From Chrysomallon squamiferum (lineage: Eukaryota > Animalia > Mollusca), in contig CM022675.1 in NCBI GenBank assembly GCA_012295275.1, positions 17,464,440-17,528,439 on the forward strand: a DNA stretch of 64,000 bases, in the 5' to 3' direction. The translations under genes were made by a program, and so were the position numbers. Each line of letters begins with the position of its first letter. Position 1 is the stretch's first letter. Shown here in pieces: positions 1-12,700 of the stretch. Under the pieces are notes generated by a model, which was not told the origin of the DNA, did no database searches, and saw only the letters and a program-made list of their open reading frames with translations.

Positions 1-148
1 AAATATAAAAAGACTAATATGTGTATGTAAAAAGACCAATTTTTACTAATGTTAACTAATTTTATTTTTCCTAATAAAGGAAATAAACACAGTCCTGATA
101 ATAAAAATCCATCAAATACACGTTCTGTTTCTGAAACTGAAATGTGAC

Positions 149-882
149 AAAAGTGTGATATTGTATTAAAAATTGAAAATGAGATATTTAAATAATCCTA
201 TAGAGTTTGTTAATAGATTCACAAAACTACAAAATCTTTGTTGATACCTTAAGAACAGACAGAGCTTTGGCATTCTTAGTGTTACCAAAGTAACAGAATG
301 ATTAAACTAAGAAAAATAACCCTGAAGGCTTCCCTTAAATTCTATCTCCAAGTCCACACAACCATGCATTTTTGGGGCACCTTAATCAGGCTTGAAATTG
401 AAACCATTTGGATCACTGCATCCTGTTTTGTGAAATTCAGAATTTTACGTTTACTTTGATTTCCTCCTGTTGATGTTTGCTTTCTGACATGTTTCTTAAA
501 TGTTTTCTAGTTCTGGTGCTGATAAAAGTAAATGAATCCAATGTGTCAGTGTTGGTTAGAATTTGTATATGAATTGCAAATTGAATAGTTGTGTGTATTT
601 TATAACAGTTTCCAGTTAAATGTTTTGTAACTTAAATATCCATGAAATCACTACATATGCATTCTTTTTGTTTATAACCAAGATAAAGCTAGAGATGTTG
701 TAATGATTTGTAAAAACAATGATTTTGTCAGATGTTTAAGCATGTGGAATTTCTGCCAGTTTTGTAATTGTGTGGATCAGACAACATGCCAGATAAATCT
801 CACTCTGAACCATTGTCAGGTCTACACAACAGATCTGTCACACTGATGTGAGTGAAACATGGATAGAATCATTATCTGAAAG
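149..882 (+). repeat. Local duplication, copy 1 (~730 bp), within a presumed CCT5 intron
   Basis: Starts aaagtgtgatattgtattaaaaattgaaaatgag and ends gtgagtgaaacatggatagaatc. It aligns almost throughout with 1513-2260. Confidence 0.9.
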
Positions 883-889
883 CAAAATT

Positions 890-1375
890 CAGGGTCATTC
901 AAAAGCCCTGCTACACTTTTAAGTTTTAATTAAATGAAAACAGCTTTATGGTTTCGAACAAAATTAGTCGTGAACTTTCTATAGACAGCTACAATTGTCC
1001 CATATCGAAAAAGTCCCTCTTCTGTTTTCTTAGGCTCCGTAAATTTCAACGTGAGCACCTTCTTTTTTGAGACACATTGCCCACCTTTTCAAGCATTCCT
1101 CTCCAACTCCAGTCAGCAGCTCCCTTGCAACAAGATTGCAGGCATTCCTTAGATGTTCCTGTAACTCTTCAAGACTCCTAGGCTTTGATGCATAGACTTC
1201 ACTTTTCAGGAAGCCCCAGAGAAAGAAGTCACAGGGTGTCAAGTCTGGAGAATGTGGCACCCACTCCAGAGTTCCTCGATGACATACCCATCCGTTAGGG
1301 AACTTGTGATTCAAGAAATTGTAAACTGCTTTAGCATAATGTGGAGGAACACCATCTTGTTGGAGAAAACAATCA
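890..1375 (-). mobile_element. 5'-truncated Tc1/mariner-superfamily transposon, DD41D (rosa/VS-type) transposase C-terminus
   Basis: The minus strand reads FLQQDGVPPHYAKAVYNFLNHKFPNGWVCHRGTLEWVPHSPDLTPCDFFLWGFLKSEVY...EIYGA*. There are 41 residues between the QQD Asp and the TPCD Asp. A TIR-like end (cagggtcattcaaaag) lies at ~890. Confidence 0.85.
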
Positions 1376-1429
1376 CATTATGCTAAAACAGTTCGCAATT
1401 TTTTGAATCACAAGTTCCCTAATAGATAG

Positions 1430-2260
1430 CAGGTCGTCAACAAATCCCAATTGTAAACTTGTCATATAGGCAAAGCAGTTGCGTTACTTCTAATAGGTGA
1501 GCCACTCCACTAAAAGTGTGCTATTGTATTAAAAATTGAAAATGAGTTATTTAAATAACCCTATAGAGTTTATTAAAAGATTCACAAAACTACAAAATCT
1601 TTGTTGATACCTTAAGAATTGACAGAGTATGACATTCTTAGTGTTACCAAAGTAACAGAATGATTAAACTAAGAAAAATAACCCTGAAGGCTTCCCTTAA
1701 ATTCTATCTCCAAGTCCACACAACCATGCATTTTTGGGGCACCTTAATCAGGCTTGAAATTGAAACCATTTGGATCACTGCATCCTGTTTTGTGAAATTC
1801 AGAATTTTACGTTTACTTTGATTTCCTCCTGTTGATGTTTGCATTCTGCATGGACTGTTTCTGACATGTTTCTTAAATGTTTTCTAGTTCTGGTGCTGAT
1901 AAAAATAAATGAATCCAATGTGTCAGTGTTGGTTAGAATTTGTATGTGAATTGCAAATTGAATAGTTGTGTGTATTTTATAACAATTTCCAGTTAAATGT
2001 TTTGTAATTAAAAGATCCATGAAGTCACTATATAATGCTTTCTTTTTGTTTATAACCAAGATAAAGCTAGAGATGTTGTAATGATTTGTAAAAACAATGA
2101 TTTTGTCAGATGTTTAAGCATGTGGAATTTCTGCCAGTTTTGTAATTGTGTGGATCAGACAACATGCCAGATAAATCTCACTCTGAACCATTGTCATGTC
2201 TACACAATAGATCTGTCACACTGATGTGAGTGAAACATGTATAGAATTATTTTTTGAAAG
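1430..2260 (+). repeat. Local duplication, copy 2
   Basis: Near-identical to 149-882 from ~1513. Its 5' extension (1430-1512) matches 2497-2590. Confidence 0.9.
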
Positions 2261-2496
2261 TTTAATATATTTGTCATCTTGCATATAAATCTGCACATTA
2301 TATGCTGTTTTAAATGATAGTGGATATCTCAGTTGTTTTTTGTGCATATTCTATCAAATATTTAGAAAATGAGATTAATTTTTAAATCTTTTCTTTTTTT
2401 CCTTTCTATCTTTCCAGTAATGAGTTCGGTATAGTGAATCTGCTGTTTACATAAAGGTTTCCTGTTTATACTGTAGATTATATTCATTGGACTATA

Positions 2497-2680
2497 CAAG
2501 TTGTCAGCAATTCCGAGTTGTTGTTTTTATGTCATACTGGCAAAACAATTGTATTACTACTAATAAGTGAGCCACTCCAGCAAAAGTGTGCAGTTGCATT
2601 AAAAATAGAAAAAGAGATATTCACAAAACTACAAAATTTTTGTTGATACCTTAAGCTTTGATGTTTTTAGTGTTGCCAAA
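2497..2680 (+). repeat. Local duplication, third partial copy with internal deletions
   Basis: gtgagccactccagcaaaagtgtg...cacaaaactacaaaattttttgttgataccttaag matches the starts of copies 1 and 2. Confidence 0.8.
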
Positions 2681-3594
2681 CGTGGAATTTCTCAATTATT
2701 GAATGATGTCCATGAGACTAATGACATCTGAAGCAAAATCAAGAATTTTCTTAGCATTATACTTGTAATTTGAATACAAAGATATTTTCTGTGATGGAGC
2801 TAATCACCCAAATATACAACCAGGTTTTAAAAATTAATATGATATTTAAAAAATGTAATTGGTTTATTCTTCCATTCATAATACAAGCAGTACCACTGTT
2901 ACTTGGCACTCACAGACTATATTGTACTGTGTTTTGTACTGGTTTTTGTGTTTATGATTCAAAAACCAAGTTTAATTTGCTGTTTATTGTGAGAATTTTG
3001 CAAACAAAATATTCACATGAGTCTTAGATTAGAAAAGATGGTAATCACCAAAACTCAAATGCACTGACTCACGTTCTGTCTGGCCAGTAAGCATACTTCT
3101 CAGCATGGACATAGCAACTGAACTGGATTGTTTATATGTAAATCATTGTGTTTCCTCCTCGTAACTGACCAAAACTATTACTATATCTTTTTAATAAAAA
3201 GTAAGATACCACACACAAAAAAGTTGACATCAGTCATTCTTTTGGTATGTGACTAATGGTATCTGTCTGTCTAGCTGAGTAGAAACAAAATAAGAAAATT
3301 GGCAATTTTCCACAAGTTTGAGTTTAATTAGGCAAGTGTCATGAAAGTATGCATCAAAATAATTATTTAGGATTCAAAAGAGGCTAGACACTTAAGAGAG
3401 AACAGAGGTTTGGTAAAGAAGAAATGAGACAATATATCATAAAATGTACTTCCAAGTAATATTTATTTATAAAAATGGAAAAAGAAAAAAGACTTAATAT
3501 TGCTCTGGATTAAAAGTGGCGGACTAATAGAAGGTGATTATTTGTATGAACAGTGATCATTTTATCTATCTTTCTTCATTTTTTCCTTCTAAAG

Positions 3595-3775
3595 ATATCT
3601 ACTCTGGAGCAATATGCAGTGCGAGCTTTCTCTGAGGCCTTGGAAAGTATTCCATTAGCTCTGGCAGAAAACAGTGGCTTTGCTCCGATACACACACTGG
3701 CAGACGTGAAATCTCGCCAGGTGAAAGAGAAAAATCCTCACTTGGGAATTGATTGTCTCCTGAAGGGAACAAATG
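3595..3775 (+). CDS. CCT5: T-complex protein 1 subunit epsilon, penultimate exon
   Basis: Pyrimidine tract and aaag acceptor. Reads [28 protein letters not shown]...[14 protein letters not shown], a CCT5-type signature. Donor G|gtata, phase 1. Confidence 0.93.
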
Positions 3776-4163
3776 GTATATTAGAAATTTTATTCTATAA
3801 ATCTCATTTTATGTTTAGTTCAAACGTTAAACTTACAAATCTATATTCCTTTGCACATTGTTGGAAAGAAGTAGTAATAAAATATTAAGTTGCAATTAAA
3901 ATTGTTTAAAAACAACAGATTTCAGTAAATATTGAATATTATTCACTAGAGTTGGTAAAGTTTAACTATTTCAATTAAGCAATAAATAAATTTATTTTGG
4001 ATACTTGTAACTAGAAGTATAGCTATTGTTAAATTGTACCCAAAACTTGTAACACCCATAAAATAGAAGCTAATCACTTTTAACCAATGCCATTATTAAA
4101 ATGTTTGATAAAATTTTCACTCATGATTCTACCAACTATTAATGGATGAATGTTATTTTCCAG

Positions 4164-4285
4164 ATATGAAGGAACAAAATGTTATAGAGACCCTTACAGC
4201 AAAGACTCAGCAGTTGTTACTAGCAACACAGCTTGTTAGGATGATTTTAAAAATAGATGATATTCGAGCTCCTAATGACATGTAA
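4164..4285 (+). CDS. CCT5: T-complex protein 1 subunit epsilon, last exon
   Basis: ttttccag acceptor. In-phase join gives [40 protein letters not shown], matching the CCT5 C-terminus. Confidence 0.93.
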
Positions 4286-4492
4286 ACAGAAACTTTTGCC
4301 TAGCTGTCCACAATGTTATAACTTTAATATAAACAATTGTTTGTATTTCCATTGTGTTATTTCATCATCAGGAAGATTTTGATATTTCAATATCTAATTA
4401 TTTCTGGTGTCTGTTCAGTCTGCAGTTCTTGTTTTTCTTTTTTCATTAAAAATGTTCTTTTCTCTTTTCACACAATGTAAAGATTATTTGAT

Positions 4493-4503
4493 AAATAAAT
4501 AAA
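4493..4503 (+). terminator. Candidate polyadenylation signal (overlapping AATAAA) for CCT5
   Basis: aataaataaaa ~210 bp after the stop codon, followed by T/GT-rich sequence. Confidence 0.5.
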
Positions 4504-5869
4504 AGATGTGCGATGTTATAATAAAACTTTCAAAAATGCAGGGATATTTTGGTTTGTTTTTTACTATTTTATCATTGGTGGATTTTGTCCTATTTTTACT
4601 GTTACTCAAATAGTTTAGAAAGGTTTATATGAAAGAACTGGTTGCTGGTCAGTATAAACATTATGTACAGTTACTGTACCTCAAAAGAACAGTTAACATC
4701 AACACTTAAAATTGAGCATGTGAACTTTTTCGTTTTTTTTTTTTCAAAAACTGGCAGCAACATTACTTGAACTATGTGATGAATAAGTAAACAGTGTGAT
4801 CAACAAAAACATTTTTGGTAAGAAAATCTCAGTAAATTAAATTAAGATGCTATAATCAAAATGATAAACAATATTGATTTCTTAATGTTCTGATAGTGAA
4901 AAATAGAGAAATTAATTAAATGTGTGAATTTGCCATTACATGTATGATCTAAGTTTGTAGGTCAGATAGAAGGCACATAAAACAAAATGTTAATTAAAAT
5001 TGAAACTATTGTAAAGATTAAAATTTTATAAATTAAGATTTGTTGGCCCTTTTTGAACAATTGGTTGCAGATTGTGGGTTTTTTTTTTTTTTTTTTATAT
5101 ATGAAATATATTGCCTTCAGTGACATGTATATTGAAATAGGTTTCTTTCATTTAACATTGTCAACATTAACCTGTCCTGAAAATAAATAAAGTATATTTA
5201 TTTCTCAAATCAAACTGTAGTCCTGATTATTCCACATTTATAAAATGTAAAATTCAGTGCAGGGTAGTGAGTATTTTGGTTTGATAATTTGTTATAATTA
5301 CAGCCTTGAGCAGATGTCGGTTTCTATTCTAAAACTTGAAATGATGAAGTTAGTTTACATGATAAATAGAAAAATTGTCTGCTGTTTCAGTTTTCTTTAT
5401 TTCAGTACATAAACATTTTGACAACAGATGTAATTATTTCCAGTGTAGACCATTTTAACTTGCTGCCAAGTCTAAGTTTTCAGTGAGAAATTCAAGTGAT
5501 TCTTTGGTTTAGTGATCAGCAAGTCCATTGCCAATAACATCAACGTGCTGGTAGCCATTCATTGATTGATTGTTGTCAAACAGTATTTCTTTGTATGTGT
5601 TTTGTTATTGAGGGCAATGGCCCAGGACATAGGTAATATTTTATAAATGATCCCAAAATGAATTCTAGTTTGCGGGACTTGTTATGGAGTACAAATTAGG
5701 ATCTATATATGTCCCAGTACTCCTTAATTGCCCTATTACCTGGTTGAAGGTGTGTGTAGTCAAAAGGTAACACCGAACTATTCCTGTACCACAGTGCAGT
5801 TGTCAGTACTAAGAGTTAGTATTAAATAAAACAAAATTTTAATATGATATTCAACAATACCTTAGATTA

Positions 5870-6345
5870 AAAAAAAATCCAAAAAATCCTCAACTTTGTC
5901 CAGCGAAACCATCTGAAGGGTTGAAGCATGCCTTACCACCTTTTGTATATCATCGTTTTCAAGATAATCTGATGCTAGTATATAAAGGTTTCGCATGTCG
6001 TCGATAAAGAAAATGACTTGCACTGCAATGTTAAACTTGTAAACCAATGGGTACCTTCTACTCCCCAACTCAAAGTAGACAATTTGTTTCCCACAAAGTA
6101 TGATGTTAAATAAGAAGTAAATTAACATTTGGTATAATAGTTGAAACATGTAATTCATTTCTGTAGTATTAATCTAAGGATACAAGATCACTGTGTAAGT
6201 GCATTTCATTTCACTATAAACAATATCATGCCAGATACTAACCCCACTTCCAACATAAATTCTTTATTTTCCACAAAAGTGTGTACTGTTACCAATCGCT
6301 GAGGAAAACCTCCACATTTTTCACTGTTTATCTAGATGTGGAGCA
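5870..6345 (-). mobile_element. Degenerate MULE (Mutator-like) transposase remnant
   Basis: Broken frames give ...QRLVTVHTFVENKEFMLEVGLVSG..., IVYFELG, and LASDYLENDDIQKVVRHASTLQMVSLDKVEDF. These resemble MULE transposase segments in the expected order. Recognition is from memory. Confidence 0.45.
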
Positions 6346-7133
6346 ACTGAGAAGCTCCTGTGCAATATATTAAAGTCATAATCATTATTTAGTTTTGTAT
6401 AAAAACAAATTAAATAGATTGTATAATAAACTGAACATTTATTCTAACACTAATTAGTTAATCCAAATAATAATCCAGTATTAGAATACCAATACAGACT
6501 ATAATAACCGCTTGTGGGAGAACAGGGATTAAATCGATGAAACGTAAGTATTAACAGATCAGTTTTCTTCTAATCCATCCCAGTGCTTAATGGCCTTTTT
6601 TATCAACTGTATGCATTGCTTTTGTGGATGTTTTTTTTTTTTTTTTTTTTTTGCATTGATGGTGAATACATATGTAAGTACCTATTAAATCATTTGTGAC
6701 CAAATTGAATAATATTTTATCAATTTCGTCAATAATATTAGTAACTTAAAGACCGTGATGCGTAATTAATGTTACATGCCCGCGGGATTATTTGAGTTTT
6801 GGCACGCACAATAATGCAACACCCGTCAAATTTACAACATACTTGAACATGTTTACCTTTTTACGTGTGACGATAAAATAACCTGAGATAAACTGATTCA
6901 GGTATTCTCAAACTATTTTGGAAATATTAAAACTGGTTTGGCTATACAGAAATCTACAGTATTATTATATAGAAATGTTTATTGCTGCAGAGTGCCGTCA
7001 TGCGTGCCTGTCTGTAAGTAGCAAATCCAAATCTAAATGAAGTAATAAATAATAAATACTGAGTCTTTCTGAAAAAAAAAAAATAATAATAATAATAATT
7101 TTAAAAAATTAGGTTCATATATATATATATATA

Positions 7134-7471
7134 TAGGTACCGGACCAATTATCCAGCGTCCTGAAATCCGGAAAGACCAGAAAACCGGATGATTTTTTCT
7201 GACGCTATTTTCATAGTTCGGGCGCACGGGTGTTGTCCTCACCAGACCGGAACTATTCTTTCAAGCCGCGTGGCGTTCATTCACTCGCCGTATTGTTTAC
7301 ATGTCGAGTCGCCACAGTTATGTATCGTCAATTTTCTTTAAGTTCTTAATTTTAAAATGTTTATGCCTAATTATTTATGTATTTAGATGATTTGGTACCA
7401 GAAAACGGGAAAATGCAGAAATGCGGAATGCCTCGGGCCCTAGGGAGTCCGGATAATTTGTCCGATACTTG
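7134..7471. mobile_element. MITE with ~23-bp imperfect TIRs (Tc1/mariner/pogo-like), next to a TA run
   Basis: Left end taggtaccggaccaattatccag versus reverse complement of right end caagtatcggacaaattatccgg (18/23 identical). Subterminal ccagaaaac(c/g)gg repeats. GC/CpG-rich relative to flanks. Confidence 0.75.
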
Positions 7472-7690
7472 TGTGTATATATTATATACATATATATATA
7501 TTAAAATACACACGATTAATTTGTCGTTGCTTAAGAAAAGAAGAAAGAAACCTTCAAAATACTATTGTAGGTAACACGACCTCCACCTTAGTTGACATTT
7601 CTGTAATCATTAAGTATATAACAGTGATATATCTGCTCAGCGAATCGAAACGGGTGCAGACTACTAATCCATTTCAAGTCTCATTGATTT

Positions 7691-7779
7691 TTCTCCTAGC
7701 AACAGATAAACTGTTGGTCGGTTGTGGAAATAGACGTTTCGCATGTGCACCTCTTAGCAACCGATAAACTGTTGTTCGG
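7691..7779 (+). promoter_or_regulatory. Tandem RFX X-box-like motifs upstream of the kinesin start codon
   Basis: ttctcctagcaacagataaactgttggtcgg (7691-7721) and ctcttagcaaccgataaactgttgttcgg (7751-7779). CCTAGCAACAGAT is the core of the classical X1 box. The site lies in a locally CpG-rich zone 140-230 bp before the ATG. Confidence 0.6.
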
Positions 7780-7919
7780 ATGAGAAGATATAAATAAGAA
7801 CGTTTAATACAAGAATGCCTTTAATACTGTGTTTAGTAAAACGGTTCGTCGTCTCCCGTTGACGGTCAGGAACACAGTTGAAGTTTCCCTAGTTGGTTTG
7901 GATTTTGTGATTTTTAACT

Positions 7920-7964
7920 ATGCCAGAAGAAAACTTGAAAGTTGCGGTGAGGGTACGCCCTTTT
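7920..7964 (+). CDS. KIF28: Kinesin exon 1 ([15 protein letters not shown])
   Basis: Canonical kinesin beta-1 motif, followed directly by the U12 donor ATATCCTC. Confidence 0.9.
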
Positions 7965-9712
7965 ATATCCTCTTACTGAAGTTGTTTTGGTAAAATAATA
8001 CTTAATATCTTCCTTTTTTCCTTCATAATTATAGTCATTTAATTTTTTACATATGTCATTTATTTATGATGTAAAATCAAGAAAGAGCTTCGTGAGGCAT
8101 CGACCAATCGCCCTTGTATCGCGTTTGCCGAGCGCTTGTTCAAAACGAATATTTGTTTATTTTTATTTATTATTATTATTTTTTTTTTTTTTTTTTCAAT
8201 ATTCCTTTTTCACTGAAGCCGACCTAAGACCTGACTTAAAAGTTTCATTTAGGTTACATTGTTAATAGTGTTTTTTAAATGAACGATTTTTTAATTAATT
8301 ATTTTATTTTATTATTATTATTATTTTTTTTTTTTTCTTGTTGATTTGTGTATTTTAGGGAAAATGAAACTTGAAATGAAAATCATGAAAAATCTTTGGA
8401 AATTCAGTTGAAATTTAGTGATAAAATTTCAAGCCTTAATGGCCTTGAAATAATTAAAGAAACACTGGTATTTACTTCTCCATCACATCTGTCCAAATTA
8501 ATTAAATAAAGGAGAAGATCATTTTCCATTTCTTTCTTCATATTATTAGTCTACTTTTATTTTTTTATATTTATTCAAAAATTACTGTGATATGTGATTA
8601 TTATATAAATATGTTACTTTTAAGTATTATTATTATTATTATTATGATTATTATTATTATTATTATTATTATAGTACCTAATAATAATAATAATAATGTC
8701 CAATATTGGTTAGTCTTTGTGCTGATTAAATAAAATAGTTAGGTTAAATGTATCTTAAACCCAAACTATTATGAACTATTGTTAAATCAATGTTTATTTT
8801 GAAATAATATTGATATGCTGTTTTATTTGTAACCATGTTTTTTTAATCATAATTCGTTTTTCATTATGCACAGTATACAGTGAATGTCTGTTCACAAAAT
8901 TCTGTTCGTCTGTATTTATGTGGAAAAACAAAACATAATTGTATGTGTTTGTGAGTGTGTGTATTTTATTTTACTTTGAATATTAAAACAATAATGATGA
9001 CTTTGTCTGAAATACCAAATATGATCAGTAGATGAAAAAAAGTTACATTTCAGCATTATTTGTATATGATTCAAAAACATCCTTCAAAGTTAAAACTGGA
9101 AGTAATTTGTTTTTTAGTTGAATATTTGTTTCAGATTTATCAGACAGCCTGTGCAATTTTTGACTGCTGGGATTTATAAAAAAAAAAATAATAATAATAA
9201 TGATGATGATGATAAAATAATATATAAAATATATATTTATGTATGTACATATGTTCTTGTAACACCAAAATCATTCAAAAATTATCTTGACAGAAGTTTT
9301 TGTCAATATCCAGATACATAATCGCAATAATTGGCATATGGTTTTGCTGAACATATTTTCAATCTGGAAATGCTAGTTTTTATATCATTTAGATGAACCT
9401 ATCTTTCAAAACAGTATTATATTTTGAATAAAAGTAAGGATTTTAGTGTTTAGGGATGAATAACAGGTTTTGTTTTGAGGGGTCATGTCACCCTTAAAAT
9501 CTCTGAAGTCAGTCGAAACATTGTCAGACAGTCAAAAGAAATATTGTCAGTCAGACAAAAGTTGTGAAATACAGGTAACAAGATGAATGGAACATTGTCA
9601 AGCAAAAGATCGTTGATCATAATAGTGAAAAAGATTCTGTCAAAAGTACTGATAATCTTTTTTCTGTTTTTTTTCTTCTTCAGTTTTATTTTTATTTTTA
9701 TTTTTATTTTTA

Positions 9713-9768
<56 letters not shown>

Positions 9769-12700
9769 TAGATGTATATTTTATTATTATTATTATTATT
9801 ATTACTATTATTATTTATTGGGGGATGGGTGATGATGGGACTGAATACACTAACGAACATTAAAACAAAACAAAACAAAATGTTGTAAAAATTGTACTAA
9901 ATGGCCTTGCAAAATCCTTGCAATGGATCTAATGATTTCTCATTAAGCATTTGTGCTGGATGCATTATAATGTCAGATCCTCATCTGTATGTTAGTACTT
10001 GCATGACGTAAAAGTATATGATTCCTGCTGCTTTTACTCAATCTCCCACATAATTTGAAAGTGCTGTTAAAGGTTTTAAAAAATTCATTGCCAAAATACA
10101 ATGAGCTATTTATCAAACAGCTGCAAGGTATGTAACTTAAGTACCTTCACATAGACAGGAAAATACCTCCTTTTTCCTTTGGTAATGTTGTCAGTCTACA
10201 AAATAATTCAGTGTAAGCATTAACTTTCAAGATTATTTTTTGGAGTAGTTACAAAAACTACTTTTCAAGTTGTGAAATTGTATTAGGAAAACCTGGTTGT
10301 TTAGGTGCAAAGAAGACAAAATGTCAACCAAAAAAATCCCAACTATTGTAAATGTTAAGAAAAATTTGAGCAGTTTATTTTATATATGCAGTATTAATTT
10401 TAATCTTATTGTTGTTTCCTTTGAATTTAGATGGTAGAATATATAGTTAAAATTAAATATATTTAACATACAAATATTGGAGCTATACAAAATACTTTTT
10501 GTATATGTAAAATTTTTAAATTTTGAAATGATCAATACCTGTATATGAATATTGATTCTACAGTTCACATCTAATTCTTGCTAGAATCAAATGGGTTTTG
10601 TCCACATTTGTAGTAAATGTTGTGGTTTTAACCTGGATCTGATTGTTCATTTGCATTCAATTTTTTTATTATTTATTTATTTATTTATTTATGTGATTTT
10701 AGTAAAAGTTTATATTAAAATCAGAAACATATTGCTTTGCAGAATGTTGTTAGAAGTCCAATAACATTACTTCCATTTAGCTTTGTTATCAGAATAGCAA
10801 ATTTACAAAATAGTTTGTGCTCATAATCATAACTCATATCAGAGTTTTTTAATTATTACATCAGTCAACATCAGTAGAAATTTCTGACAAAAAAATTGGC
10901 ATTATTAATAAATTATTAAGTTAACATTATTTACTTATTTATTCATTTATTTTTACTTTACAAACTTTTTTACCGTCTAAAAACTTCACAATAAATATGA
11001 TATCTCTGTTTCAAATATTTTTCTAAATGGTTGAAAAAACTGATTTCAGATAATAAATTTTGGTTTATGTGACCTAAATTTGGAAATAGAAACTACATAA
11101 AGCACAAATATATTCAGAGTTTTGCATCATTTCATATATCTATATATATATTTTTAAATTTTCTATGTAATTAAAAAAATAATAATAATAAATATATAAT
11201 AATCCAACAAATAAATAAACAAAAGTAAGAACATTTGAAAAACCTGTTAATTACTAAACAGCTGAGACAAATGTGGAACAAATGATATGCTTCTGGATCT
11301 TTTCTAATTCCAAATAGTGCCCATTACAGCTGGTTTATCAAAGGCTGTAGCAAAAGCGTTTTGTATTATTTAGTGTGTGATGACAGTGATTTCCTCTTTC
11401 CATACTGATACAGTTATTAATATGGCATAATATAATCAAAAATGTAAAATATATTCAGATGATCATTACAGAAAATGTTTCTTTCTTCCTTCCACATTAT
11501 GTTTATAAACAAAAGTTAAATAAATACAAAACTGAGATATTCATCCTTAACTATTCCTACAACAAACGTGAGCGAGATCGAAATGCCAAGCTAATTATTG
11601 ACATGAATGGTCCTACAACCATCATCCAGAATCCAGAAGATAAAAATGATGAAAAAAAATTCGCTTTTGACTACAGCTACTGGTCACACGATGGATCTAA
11701 AGAGATGCCTGATGGTTACTATGGCCAAGATCCATCACACCCAAATGGCAAAAAGTTTGCTGATCAGGTAATAAACACTAATATTATTATAATAAAAACT
11801 TGAAAAAAAAAAAAAAAATGATTTAAAAATGTTAAAGTGAGTATAACATATCAGAGAAATAATGAATATTAAAACAATTGAAATTTTTACACTCTGACAT
11901 AATAAGATTATTACTTGTTTGATCAATCAGATTTTACAAATGTAGTATTTATCTGAAAAAACCTTTTTACAGAATGAAAATAAAAACAGATAATTTAGAA
12001 ATATATAATGTGCTTATCTTTAAATGTATAGAAATGTAAACAGTTATTTCCTAAAATTTGTTTTTAATTCTTCTAACAGTCTTCAAACTTTATTTTCTTT
12101 TGTTTGGATATATAGAAAAAGGTATTCAATGATTTGGGCATGGGTATTCTGACCAATGCTTGGGAAGGTTACAACTCCACTCTATTTGCCTATGGACAGA
12201 CTGGGTCAGGCAAGAGCTGGTCTGTGGTTGGATATGGAATCAACAAAGGTAAATAATATTATAACTGTCCAAAATGCTTTAAAAGCTGATATATATATAT
12301 ATTTAGTTCGTATTGTAGATTTTATTCCTTTTCGTAAATGATAAATAAACTGCAAAAAAGCTGATCCAAATGATTTCAGTTAAAGGATAGTAGATGTGAA
12401 CTGCTAGGAGATCTTATGTTTTATGGAAATAAACCAGTTAATAATTATATATGAACCAATCTATTTTTATTAATTTTAGTGAATTGCACTTTTGTTATTG
12501 GTATGGAGTAAATTTCTATTTCCGTATTATTAGTTGTCACTAACTAATAAAACTGAAAAAGGCAACAGCAGTATGACAGAGAAACAGAAAGGCAGATTTT
12601 AATTAAGAATAAGGGGACATTAAAATAGTTTCCATTAGTTTTCTGTTTATATAATTAAGAATTATATTTGTTTGTATTTTCGTTATCAGGCATTGTTCCA

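Noticed and set aside
716-817. C/D snoRNA in the duplicated CCT5 intron segment (acaatgatt...ctgaaccattgt)
   Set aside because: The C box (ATGATTT) deviates from RTGATGA and no rRNA-complementary guide was recognisable.
2221-2245. Minimal hammerhead ribozyme-like string ctgatgtgagtgaaacatgta (also at 843)
   Set aside because: The core is CUGAUGU rather than CUGANGA, stem II is absent and stem I does not pair.
9583-9771. Low-complexity hydrophobic ORFs (poly-I/F/Y; also 30962-31156 and 37072-37269)
   Set aside because: They are translations of microsatellites and homopolymers.
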